Shown here in pieces: positions 18,296-27,387 of a stretch of DNA of 64,000 nt. Below the pieces are notes generated by a model. It saw nothing but the letters and a program-made list of their open reading frames with translations, was not told the origin of the DNA and made no database searches. The stretch comes from Candidatus Limnocylindria bacterium (lineage in GTDB: Bacteria; Eisenbacteria; RBG-16-71-46), in contig DASQFU010000008.1 of NCBI GenBank assembly GCA_035632955.1, positions 102 to 64,101 on the forward strand, read 5' to 3'. The stretch's first letter is position 1; each line of letters opens with the position of its first letter. Both the position numbers and the translations under genes were made by a program.

Positions 18296-18801
18296 CGACC
18301 TCCCTATCGAGACGGATCCGGAATCTCGAAGACCGGCGATCTTACCGAGTGCGCGCCAGAAGGAGCGAATGGAAGTCCGGGCAGGGGGTTTTCGCCGACG
18401 TTTGTCGCGAGGTCCCGATTGTTTACCCGACATGAACTAGGCGAACAGGATCGCAGAAAATCATCCGAGTGAATGGTTGCGCGCGAGCGGATCGTCGACG
18501 ATCATGCGGCCCTGAGCGGTTGGTCGACCTCGGTGGAGCCTGGAGAGACTTGTGGGGAGCGGCTCCTTCCGAGAATCATTCCACCCGTTCGGGATCGCGA
18601 GCCGTCGACCCGACGAGCGACCTTCTCGTCGGGCTCGGCGGCTTCGCACTTTTCCGCCGCCGGGTTCCGGTTTCGCCGCGCAACGCCGCGCCGGCGCGCA
18701 TTCCCCCGCCGATTGTGCCCGGGTCGCCCAACCTCCTACAATCCTCGGACTTTATCGCGCCCACCCGCTGTCGGTCCTGTCGCGGAGCGCCACCGGTCCG
18801 C

Positions 18802-19659
18802 ATGCTGCTTTCCACCGTCATCGTCGGCTACTGGTCCCGAGCGCCGCTGCTCGAGTGCTTGCGCTCGCTCGGCGAGCAGGCCAATGACTTCGCGGCCGAA
18901 ACGGTGGTCGTGGACAACGCGTCGGGCGACGGCACGCTGGACGCGGTCGCCGAGAGCCATCCGGCCGTGCGCCGGATCGCCAACTCCGAGAACGTCGGCT
19001 ACGCCCGAGCCGTCAACCAAGGCATCGCCGCAACCACGGGCGAGTACGTGCTGGTCATGAACCCGGACTGCGAGCTGCGGCCCGGGGCGCTCGTTGCTCT
19101 GATCGATCATCTGAGCCGGAATCCCGGCGTCGCGATCGCCGGGCCCAGGATCCTCAATCCGGACGGCTCGCTGGAATACTCGGCGCGCTCGTTTCCCGAC
19201 CATCTGACGTTCCTGTTCAACCGCTACTCGCTCCTCACCCGCTGGTTTCCGAACAATCCCTACTCCCGCCGCTACCTGCTGACGGACTGGGACCACGCGT
19301 CGGTGCGCGGCGTGGACTGGCTCTCGGGCGCCTGCCTGATGGTGCGCCGCGAAGCGATCGCCCGCGTCGGGCCGATGGACGAGCAGTTCTTCATGTTCAA
19401 CGAGGACGTCGATTGGTGCCGGCGGATGAAGCTCGCCGGCTGGGGCGTGGTCTACGTTCCGGGCGCCGTGGTCGTGCACCACGTCGGCGCGAGCCGGAGC
19501 CGGGTGGCGTCCAAGGTGATCTTCGAGCGGCACCGCGGCATGATCCACTATTTCCACAAGCACCATCCGACCAACCCGGTCATGCAGGCGCTGGCCGATG
19601 GCGCCATCTTGCTGCGCGCGGGTCTGATGATGACCGCGAACGCCCTGCGGCCGCGCTGA
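18802..19659 (+). CDS. Family 2 glycosyltransferase (rhamnosyltransferase/WbbL-like)
   Basis: ORF trimmed to ATG 18802 (MLLSTVIVGYWSRAPLLECLRSL). It contains VVVDNASGDGT and VMNPDCEL motifs. Confidence 0.85.
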   Translation: MLLSTVIVGYWSRAPLLECLRSLGEQANDFAAETVVVDNASGDGTLDAVAESHPAVRRIANSENVGYARAVNQGIAATTGEYVLVMNPDCELRPGALVALIDHLSRNPGVAIAGPRILNPDGSLEYSARSFPDHLTFLFNRYSLLTRWFPNNPYSRRYLLTDWDHASVRGVDWLSGACLMVRREAIARVGPMDEQFFMFNEDVDWCRRMKLAGWGVVYVPGAVVVHHVGASRSRVASKVIFERHRGMIHYFHKHHPTNPVMQALADGAILLRAGLMMTANALRPR

Positions 19660-19661
19660 CG

Positions 19662-20741
19662 ATGCGCATTCCCTATTCGCTGCTGCTGGCGCTCGCCGCG
19701 TTCGCGCTGTCGCTGATCCTGACGCCGCTGGTGCGAACACTCGCGCGCCGGCTCGGCGCGCTCGACCGGCCGGGCCCGCGCCGCATTCACGCCGAGCCGG
19801 TGCCGACGCTCGGCGGTCTCGCGTTCGCGGCGGCCGTGCTCGCCGTGGTCTGGGGCGCGTACGCGCTCCCCGGGCCGGCGCGCCTGCTCGAGATCCGCCC
19901 GATCGTCGGCTTCACGCTCGCGACCCTGCCGATCCTGGCGCTCGGCGTACTCGACGACCTGCGCGGCGCTCCGCCCTGGCTCAAGCTCGCGGTCCAGGCT
20001 CTGGCGAGCGTGATTCTGTTCCAGTTCGGCTACGGCGTTCCGACCATCACGAATCCGTTCGATGGGCCGATCGAGACGGGAGCCTTGAACCTGCCGCTGA
20101 CGGTGGCCTGGGTGCTGATCGTGATCAACGCGATCAACCTGATCGACGGGCTCGACGGCCTGGCGGCCGGCGTGGTGGCGATCGCCGCCGGGACGCTGTG
20201 GGTAGTCGCGCGCACCCACGCCGATTTCTACGTGATGTTCCTGTGCGCGCCCCTGATCGGCGCGATGCTCGGCTTCCTGCGCTACAACTTTCCCCCGGCC
20301 CGCATCTTCATGGGCGACACCGGCAGCCATTTTCTCGGCCTGATGCTGGCGGCGGTGTCACTGCTCGAGAATCGCAAGGGGACGGCGACCGTGACGCTGC
20401 TGTTCCCGCTGGTAGCGATGGGCGTGCCGATCGCCGACGGCGCGCTGGCCTTCGTCCGCCGTCTGCTCAAGGGCCAGCCGGTGTTCCGCGCCGACAGCGA
20501 GCACGTCCACCACCGGCTCTTGCGGCTCGGCCTCTCGCCGCGCAACGCGGTGCTCGTGCTTTGGTACTTGAGCGGCTATCTCGGGCTGCTCGCGGTCGCC
20601 CTGTCGGCGCTGCCGCGCTCGCACGCCTGGCTGATCGTGCTGCTGCTGGCGCTCGGCCTGTTCTTCGCATTCGAGGTGCTGGAGTTCATCGACCGCCGGC
20701 TCTCGGAGCGCGGACCGGGGTCGGATCCCCGCGATCGCTAG
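19662..20741 (+). CDS. MraY/WecA-family polyprenyl-phosphate sugar-1-phosphate transferase (GT4 family)
   Basis: ATG 19662 lies 2 nt after the GT2 stop. The protein is polytopic and carries NAINLIDGLDGLAAG and MGDTGSHFLG motifs. Confidence 0.9.
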   Translation: MRIPYSLLLALAAFALSLILTPLVRTLARRLGALDRPGPRRIHAEPVPTLGGLAFAAAVLAVVWGAYALPGPARLLEIRPIVGFTLATLPILALGVLDDLRGAPPWLKLAVQALASVILFQFGYGVPTITNPFDGPIETGALNLPLTVAWVLIVINAINLIDGLDGLAAGVVAIAAGTLWVVARTHADFYVMFLCAPLIGAMLGFLRYNFPPARIFMGDTGSHFLGLMLAAVSLLENRKGTATVTLLFPLVAMGVPIADGALAFVRRLLKGQPVFRADSEHVHHRLLRLGLSPRNAVLVLWYLSGYLGLLAVALSALPRSHAWLIVLLLALGLFFAFEVLEFIDRRLSERGPGSDPRDR

Positions 20742-21005
20742 CTGACGGTCGGCGGGCGGGACGAAGGCTCCGCGACCTCGGGGACCTTCCACCCACCGCC
20801 ACCTCCCGATCGCGACCTTGCCCCGGCCCGCGCCCCCGGCCGCCACGGGAGCGCGGGCACTGACAGCGAGCGCACGCGTTCCAAAGCACCGCGCGTGCCG
20901 GAGCCGCGGACGCGGTAACCGTCGATCGGGGTCGGTGGATGGAGCTCGGCGCCGGCGGGCCGACGCCGGACGTCGGACGGGACTGTCGGGCGGGCGACGC
21001 GCCGA

Positions 21006-21611
21006 TCAGAAGAAGCGCGAGTAGCTGAGCTTGGCGCTCCACAGCGTGGCGCTGCTCGTGGTCGAGGGGAACGCGGGATTGGTGCTCTTCGCGTCGGTTT
21101 CGAGCGCCATTCGCCAATCGACGCCGAGCAGGCTGCGATCGCTGATCACCGCATTGAACCCGCCCGACACGTAACCGCCGTTGCGCACCTGCGTCCCGTC
21201 GGTGCCGGTGCGGTACATCTTGTGGAAGAAGGCCCCGGCGCCGAGTGCGAGGTAGGGCCGCAACGAGGTCGGCCATTTGAAGTGGCGCGAGATCTCCGCG
21301 GTGAAGGGGATCGCGATCTCGGAAGCGCTCCCGAACCGGCCGAGCAGCTCGTGATGTACGTGGCCGCCGACCGCCCATTTCGTGCTCAAAAAGTGCTGAA
21401 AACCGAATCCATAGCCACCGATCCCGTTGGGCGCGCCCTCGACCCCCGACTTCGCGTATCCGCCGCGTACCGAGATCCAGTTCGCGCCGCCCGACCAGGG
21501 ATCGCCTTCGGCGGCGGGCGCGGGCGAGGCCAGTGCGATGACGCCAACCAGCAAGGACGCGGCGAGCGCGCACACGCACACTCTGGGAGACATCGCAGAC
21601 GCTCGGATCAT
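21006..21611 (-). CDS. Small outer-membrane beta-barrel protein (OmpW/OMP_b-brl-like)
   Basis: Trimmed to ATG 21611. It has a signal peptide (ALAASLLVGVIALASPAPA), alternating beta-strand pattern and a C-terminal aromatic residue (SYSRFF). Confidence 0.7.
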   Translation of the reverse strand: MIRASAMSPRVCVCALAASLLVGVIALASPAPAAEGDPWSGGANWISVRGGYAKSGVEGAPNGIGGYGFGFQHFLSTKWAVGGHVHHELLGRFGSASEIAIPFTAEISRHFKWPTSLRPYLALGAGAFFHKMYRTGTDGTQVRNGGYVSGGFNAVISDRSLLGVDWRMALETDAKSTNPAFPSTTSSATLWSAKLSYSRFF

Positions 21612-21741
21612 GTTTCCCCTCGAGCCCGGTCGGCAAAGCAAGGCGCGAACGCTACCCCACCGGCTCACGACAAGCAACGTTTCCGCCCGCCGTCGCGCAA
21701 TCGCGCTTTTCCTCGGGCGAGCAGTTCGGTAGGTTGCGAGC

Positions 21742-23004
21742 ATGACGCCCCACCGTCCTCCGCGCTCGCCGGCGATCCGCTACCGGCCCGCGCGACGAAC
21801 CGATGTCGAGACGCTGGCAGACCTCGCGACCCGCGCCTACCGTGTCGCCAGCATCGAGAAGCGGCGCGAGTTCTACACCGACCACCCGCGTTTCGGGCTG
21901 CGCGACGTCCGCGTCGCGGAGCTGGATGGTCTGATCGTCGCTTCGCTGGTTCTCTATCCGCTGACCGCGCTCGTGCGTGGCCGGCGCATGCCGCTGACCG
22001 GCGTCGGCTCGGTCGCGGTGTCGCCGGAGCATCGGCGGCGCGGCGTCGGCGAGGCGTTGTTGCGCGCCGCGCTGCGCGAGATGCGCCAGCGCGGCAATCA
22101 CGTCTCGGCCCTGTACGCGTTTCGCGATTCCTACTATCGCAAGCTCGGCTACGGCGTGTTCGAGATCGTGCACCAGCTCGCGGTCTCGTCGGCCAATTTG
22201 CTGCCCTCGGAGGAGGCGCGGCGGGTGCGCCGGCTGATGCTGCCCGACCGCTCCGCGGTGCAGGAGCTGTACGAGCGGGTCGCGCTCGACGGCCACTTCG
22301 CGCTCGCCCGCACTCCGGAATGGTGGTCCCAACGCCTGTGGACCTATCCCGGCGAGTGGGTGGTGTACGAGGGACGCCGGCGCGGTCAGATCGAGGGTTA
22401 TCTCTATTACGAGGTCGAGAACTCGCGCGGGCCGTTCCGGTTGGCGATCACGCTCGGTGAGTTCGTCGCCGCCACACCGCAGGCGCACCGCGGTCTGGTC
22501 GGCCATCTGGCGACGCTCGCCGATCAGGTCGAAGAGATGCACTACGGTGCGCCGGCGGACAACGCGTGGCTGACGTTGTTGCGCACCTCGCAGAATCTGC
22601 GTCCGGGCGCCGAGATCGGCGCGTACCACGATACCGGCGGGGTCGCGAACGGGGCGATGCTGCGCATCACCGACGTCAAGGGCGCGCTCGAGCTGTTGCC
22701 GCTGCCGCCGGCCGCGCGCGGCGAGATCGCGCTCGAGGTCGACGATCCGGTGCTCGCCCCCAACGCGCGCTCGTACCGGGTCGTGGCTCGCGAGGGACGG
22801 TTGCGCGTCGGCGCCGAGACCAAGCGCGGCGCGCCGCGTCTCAAGGCGCCAGTCGATGTGCTCGCGCAACTCTACGCCGGGACCCTGGCGCCGACCCGCG
22901 CCGCGGAGGCGGGACTGATCGAGGCCGGCGATGGGGCCGACGAGATCGCCGAGTCCTGGTTCCGCTCCCCGCCGGCGTTCCTCTACCAGTTCAACGCGTT
23001 CTGA
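21742..23004 (+). CDS. Eis-like GNAT N-acetyltransferase with SCP2-like C-terminal domain
   Basis: 420 aa. The acetyl-CoA site VAVSPEHRRRGVGEALL is followed by the long C-terminal extension typical of Eis-type enzymes. Confidence 0.8.
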   Translation: MTPHRPPRSPAIRYRPARRTDVETLADLATRAYRVASIEKRREFYTDHPRFGLRDVRVAELDGLIVASLVLYPLTALVRGRRMPLTGVGSVAVSPEHRRRGVGEALLRAALREMRQRGNHVSALYAFRDSYYRKLGYGVFEIVHQLAVSSANLLPSEEARRVRRLMLPDRSAVQELYERVALDGHFALARTPEWWSQRLWTYPGEWVVYEGRRRGQIEGYLYYEVENSRGPFRLAITLGEFVAATPQAHRGLVGHLATLADQVEEMHYGAPADNAWLTLLRTSQNLRPGAEIGAYHDTGGVANGAMLRITDVKGALELLPLPPAARGEIALEVDDPVLAPNARSYRVVAREGRLRVGAETKRGAPRLKAPVDVLAQLYAGTLAPTRAAEAGLIEAGDGADEIAESWFRSPPAFLYQFNAF

Positions 23005-23018
23005 CCGGCGGGGACGCG

Positions 23019-23465
23019 GTGGCGCGCGGCGACTTCAAGGTGCATCACGATCTGCATCCGCGCTTCCGCGACACCGACGCGATGGGCCACATCAACAACG
23101 CGGTGTACGTGACGTATCTCGAGGTCGCGCGCCAGGCGTATTGGGCGCGGCTCACGGGCGGTGCCGACTACCGCGCGGTCCCGTTCATTCTCGCCCACGT
23201 GCGCTGCGACTTTCGCTCCGAGGCGCTGGTCGACGAAGTGCTCGAGGCCGGCATCCGCTGCGAGTGGATCGGCACGCGGTCGTTCGCGTTCAGGTACGAG
23301 ATCCGCGAGAAATCGTCCGGGCGCATGGTCGTCGAAGCCACGTCCATCCAGGTGTGCTACGACTACACGGCCAAGGCGACGATCGAGATGCCCGCGGAGC
23401 TTCGCCGCCAGGTCGAAGCGTTTGAAGGTCGCAGCCTCGCGCGCGAGGCGGAGGTCAAGCGATGA
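23019..23465 (+). CDS. Hotdog-fold acyl-CoA thioesterase (4HBT/YbgC-like)
   Basis: In-frame GTG at 23019. The motif HPRFRDTDAMGHINNAVYVTYLEVAR is typical of 4HBT thioesterases. The start is uncertain by a few codons. Confidence 0.85.
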   Translation: MARGDFKVHHDLHPRFRDTDAMGHINNAVYVTYLEVARQAYWARLTGGADYRAVPFILAHVRCDFRSEALVDEVLEAGIRCEWIGTRSFAFRYEIREKSSGRMVVEATSIQVCYDYTAKATIEMPAELRRQVEAFEGRSLAREAEVKR

Positions 23466-23788
23466 GTCGTGCTGCAAAGAAGTCCGCTGCATCGGGCGCG
23501 CGATCGGGCGCGGCGCTCTCCCGCCGGCGCTTCATGGGCCTGCTCGCCGCAAGCTCGGCCGCGCTCGCCACCGGAGAGTGGTCCATGCCGGCGGCCGACG
23601 CTGCAACCGCGACCGCCCGGCCCACCGCCTCGAAGCGTCTCTCGAAAGCCGCACGTGCCGACCTCGAGCAGCAGAAGCAGTACGCCCGCCAGGCGTTGAA
23701 GACGATCCGCGAGTTCCCGCTTCCCTCCGGCAGCGAGCCGGCGTTCGTCTTCATGCCGCTCAAGCCGGCCCGGACTCGGCGGGGCTGA
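23462..23788 (+). CDS. Small Tat-signal protein, possible GatC/AtzG-like partner subunit of the downstream amidase
   Basis: 108 aa. Its ATG overlaps the thioesterase stop (ATGA), and its stop lies 2 nt before the amidase GTG. It has a twin-arginine signal (LSRRRFMGLLAASSAALA), high third-position GC, and a C-terminal LKTIREFPLPSGSEPAFVF reminiscent of GatC tails. Confidence 0.65.
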   Translation: MSRAAKKSAASGARSGAALSRRRFMGLLAASSAALATGEWSMPAADAATATARPTASKRLSKAARADLEQQKQYARQALKTIREFPLPSGSEPAFVFMPLKPARTRRG

Positions 23789-23790
23789 TC

Positions 23791-25218
23791 GTGCTCGGCG
23801 ACGACGTCCTCGAGCTGAGCACGGGCGAGCTCGCGAATCGGATCAAAGCGCGCAAGCTCTCGCCGGTCGAGCTGACCGAGTCGTACCTCGCGCGCATCGC
23901 CCGGCACAACGGCCAGCTCAACGCGTTCGAGACCTTGACCGAGGATCTGGCCCTGGCCCAGGCGCGCGCGGCCGAGAGCGAGATCGGCGCCGGGCGCTAT
24001 CGCGGTCCGCTGCACGGCATTCCCTACGGCGCCAAGGATCTGCTCGCGACCGCCGGCATCCGCACCGGCTGGGGCGCTCGTCCGACGCGTGACCAGGTGT
24101 TCGACGCCGACGCGACCGTGATCCGCAAGCTGCGCGAAGCGGGCGCGGTGCTGCTCGGCAAGCTGGCGATGGTCGAGCTCGCGGGCGGCCTCGGCTATCG
24201 CTTCGCCGGCGCCTCGGTGAGCGGCCCGGGCCGCAATCCCTGGGACACGTCGCGCTGGACCGGCGGCTCCTCGTCGGGATCCGGCGCGGCGGTCGCGGCG
24301 GCTCTGGTCGGGTTCGCGATCGGCACCGAGACCTGGGGCTCGATCCTCTGCCCCTCCGCATTCTGCGGCATCACCGGACTGCGCCCAACGTACGGTCGCG
24401 TGAGTCGCGCGGGAGCGATGGCGTGCTCGTGGAGCTACGACAAGATCGGGCCGCTCGCGCGCGCGGCGAGCGACTGCCGGCTGGTCCTGCAAGCGATCGC
24501 GGGCCCCGACCCGGACGACCCTTCGAGCTCGAGCGAGCCGGTCCGTCTCGAAGCGCGCGACGCCAAGCCGCTCAAGCAGGTCCGCGCGGCCCGGATTCCG
24601 CTCGACTTTGCCAAAGGCGGCGAGCGCGAAGTGGAGACTGCGTTCGATCGGGCGGTCGACGATCTGCGCGCGGCAGGACTGCGGATCGTGGACGCCGAAC
24701 TGCCCGTGTTTCCGGCCGCAGAGGTGGCCGGCGTGCTGATCGCGGCGGAGGCGATCTCGAGCTTCGAGACGCTGTATCGCAACGGCCGCGTGCACGAGCT
24801 GTCGGACACGTTCGCCCCCTACCAGCCGGACGTGATCGCACCCGTGAGCGGAGCCGACCTCGTCAAGGCGTGGCGCATGCGCCGGGCGTTGCAGGAGGAG
24901 ATGGCGCGCTTCTTCGGCCGCTACGACGTGATCGTGACCCCGAACTTCACGACCACAGCACCGCTCGTGAGCGCCGATCTCACGCAGGCGCTGGCGTCCT
25001 ACACCGACCCGGTCGGCGCCGTCGGCAACACGTGCGGTCTGCCCGCGATCGCGCTGCCGTGCGGATTCGGCCAGGGTCACATGCCGATCGGGTTCCAGAT
25101 CGTCGCCGCTCCGTTCGAAGAAGCGACGCTGCTCTCGCTCGGAGAGCTGTACCAGCAGCGCACCGGCTTCCATCGCGAGCGGCCGGCGCTCGCGGCGCCG
25201 GCGCCCACCCGCGACTGA
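23791..25218 (+). CDS. Amidase-signature (GatA-like) family amidase with no signal peptide of its own
   Basis: GTG 23791 gives VLGDDVLELSTGELANRIKARKLSPVELT. It has the AS-family core GGSSSGSGAAVAA and GTETWGSILCPSAFCG. Confidence 0.9.
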   Translation: MLGDDVLELSTGELANRIKARKLSPVELTESYLARIARHNGQLNAFETLTEDLALAQARAAESEIGAGRYRGPLHGIPYGAKDLLATAGIRTGWGARPTRDQVFDADATVIRKLREAGAVLLGKLAMVELAGGLGYRFAGASVSGPGRNPWDTSRWTGGSSSGSGAAVAAALVGFAIGTETWGSILCPSAFCGITGLRPTYGRVSRAGAMACSWSYDKIGPLARAASDCRLVLQAIAGPDPDDPSSSSEPVRLEARDAKPLKQVRAARIPLDFAKGGEREVETAFDRAVDDLRAAGLRIVDAELPVFPAAEVAGVLIAAEAISSFETLYRNGRVHELSDTFAPYQPDVIAPVSGADLVKAWRMRRALQEEMARFFGRYDVIVTPNFTTTAPLVSADLTQALASYTDPVGAVGNTCGLPAIALPCGFGQGHMPIGFQIVAAPFEEATLLSLGELYQQRTGFHRERPALAAPAPTRD

Positions 25219-25230
25219 TGGTCGAATGCG

Positions 25231-27114
25231 CTACACGATCTCCTTGAGCTTGAGGCTCAGCTTGCGCTTCTTGCCGTCGCGCACGATCTCGACCACGTGC
25301 TTCTCGCCCGGCTGGCCGCCGTCGAAGATGCGCCCGAGCTGATCGGCCGTGTAAGACTCGATCGGCTTGCCGTTCACCGTCACGACCCGATCCAGCGTCA
25401 GTAGGCCCGCTTCCGCCGCCGCCGAGCCGGGCACGATCTGCATCGCCCGGTAGCCATCCGGGGTCTTGGCGACCTGAAGACCGGCCATCGAGAACCGGTC
25501 GCGTTTTCCGTAGCGCTGGCCGGGCTCGAGATAGACGACCCGCCGCTCGTAGTCGAACGTGCACTTGAAGCGGTCGAGGATCTGGTTGCCGATGTTCCCC
25601 GCATAGTCCTGACTCGCGAGCCCGCCGGTCTCCGCTCCCGACACCGACACGATCGGCATTTCCCACGAGTAGGGTCCGATCTCCATCTTCTTCATCCGTC
25701 CGAGCACGCTCTGGAACGTTCCGCCGAAGCCGCCGCCCGTGACCTCGATGGTCTTGCCGAGCTGGTTCTGGAGCTGGTGCTGCTTCGCGAACGGGCCATG
25801 CACGTCCACGGTCGAGCCGCTGCCGACGTCGAGCCGGAACTGGCCTTCGTACTGGCCGTCGAGCTTCGCCTTGACGACCGGGATGTTGCCGGCGAGTGTC
25901 AACGGAATCGCGGTGCCGCCACCCGAGTAACGGAACGTCGGCGGGTAGTGGAGCACGAGCATCTCGCGGTCGAAGTCGACTTCGAGCACGAAGCGGCTGA
26001 TGAAGTCGTACCCGAGCACGCCCGCGATCGGCCGCCAGAAGAACGGCTCTAGGTAGGGATTGAGCGAGAGCACGGCGACCTTCTGCTGCGCGACGACGAC
26101 GCCGTTGCCGTCCTGGGCGACGACCCGGATCGAGTCCACCTCGGAGAACGACGCTCCGCCCGCGGCGCCGGCGCCGTGAGCCTGCATGCGCCCCTCGACC
26201 TTGAGACCGTGGCGGACCGCCGCGGCACTGTCGATCACGGTGACGCTCGCGCCGGTGTCGAGCAGGAAGTCCTCGGGCGGCCCGCCGTTGATCGACGCCT
26301 TGAGCCACACGTGCCGTTCGCCGTAGTGGAACGGCAGGCGCGCGTGCGCGGGATTGAGGAGGAAGCGCACGTCCGCCACCGCCTGGTCGGCCGGCGCGAA
26401 CACGGAGGCGTCGATTGCCAGGTTCACCCAGACCGAATCGAGGATCGCTCGTGCATCGTTGGCGGGCATGCCCTGGACCGAGATGAGCGTCGCGCGCGGG
26501 CGCAGCCGACCCGCGAATTTCTGATAGTCAGATGAACGGGTGACAACCGTGCCCCGGTCGGTGACCACGATCGAGCGCGACAGAAGTCCCGTCTTCTGGT
26601 CGAACCAGAAATCGTGCGGACGTCCGATCGGCGGGCGCACGGTCACGACCGTGTACGTCCCGGTCGAATCCTTCTCGGATCCCTTCACGGTCACGTCGCC
26701 GCCACCCTGGTCCGCCATCAGCCATTGGTCGTTGTTGAAGTAGCCGCTCGCCTTGGCCTCTTCGAGATCCTTGCCATCCCGGAGCGAGAACTTGCCGTTC
26801 TGATCGATCCGCCACGCCGTCTTGCCGTCGAACCCTTCGCGAATCTTAAGCGGGCCGAGCGCAGTCAACGACGCGCTCTTGTCGGGTCGGACGTTCCAGG
26901 TCTCGGCCGTCCCCTTGAGACCGAATGCCTCGAGGCTGTTCTTGGTCCTCATCGAGCGCTCGGCAAGGAACGTCTCGCGGCCGCCGGTCACTTCGAGAAA
27001 GCGTTCGACGACCTTCTGGGCTTCAGGAGTGATGGTCGCGGCGGCGTGCGGCGCGACGAGCAAGACCGCGACGAGCGCGGCCAGGATGGGTCGTGGAACA
27101 TGACGCGTGGTCAT
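25231..27114 (-). CDS. Secreted retropepsin-like (twin aspartyl) protease with C-terminal PDZ domain
   Basis: ORF 25231..28032 trimmed to ATG 27114 (MTTRHVPRPILAALVAVLLVAPHAAA). It has two aspartic-protease-like lobes (LLDTGAS; RLDVGSGS) and a PDZ-like tail (IVPGSAAAEAGLLTLDRVVTVNGKPI). Confidence 0.8.
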   Translation of the reverse strand: MTTRHVPRPILAALVAVLLVAPHAAATITPEAQKVVERFLEVTGGRETFLAERSMRTKNSLEAFGLKGTAETWNVRPDKSASLTALGPLKIREGFDGKTAWRIDQNGKFSLRDGKDLEEAKASGYFNNDQWLMADQGGGDVTVKGSEKDSTGTYTVVTVRPPIGRPHDFWFDQKTGLLSRSIVVTDRGTVVTRSSDYQKFAGRLRPRATLISVQGMPANDARAILDSVWVNLAIDASVFAPADQAVADVRFLLNPAHARLPFHYGERHVWLKASINGGPPEDFLLDTGASVTVIDSAAAVRHGLKVEGRMQAHGAGAAGGASFSEVDSIRVVAQDGNGVVVAQQKVAVLSLNPYLEPFFWRPIAGVLGYDFISRFVLEVDFDREMLVLHYPPTFRYSGGGTAIPLTLAGNIPVVKAKLDGQYEGQFRLDVGSGSTVDVHGPFAKQHQLQNQLGKTIEVTGGGFGGTFQSVLGRMKKMEIGPYSWEMPIVSVSGAETGGLASQDYAGNIGNQILDRFKCTFDYERRVVYLEPGQRYGKRDRFSMAGLQVAKTPDGYRAMQIVPGSAAAEAGLLTLDRVVTVNGKPIESYTADQLGRIFDGGQPGEKHVVEIVRDGKKRKLSLKLKEIV

Positions 27115-27183
27115 GAAGGATCCTCCGGGCTTCGATCTGGGAGCGAAAGGCTCTGCATTATACGCAACCGGTCGGGCGATGTT

Positions 27184-27221
27184 GCGCGGTCGTCCCGGTC
27201 GCGCTCGTCGGACGACCGCGC
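27184..27221. repeat. Perfect 12-bp inverted repeat (stem-loop or operator) in a divergent promoter region
   Basis: GCGCGGTCGTCC (27184-27195) and GGACGACCGCGC (27210-27221) are separated by 14 nt. The repeat lies 70 nt upstream of the protease start and 167 nt upstream of the OMP start. Confidence 0.5.
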
Positions 27222-27387
27222 CATGGGCAATCCAGGCCGTCGTCGTCGATGCCGATCCCGAGTCGCCGGTGAGTCGTTGCAGCGACGGATTGCGAGGGCC
27301 TGGAGACGCCGCTATTCTGCGGCCGAAGCCTTTGCCCGTTCGGAATTGGCTCCCACCTCGTTCGGGCCAACCCTTTGGAGGCGCAGA

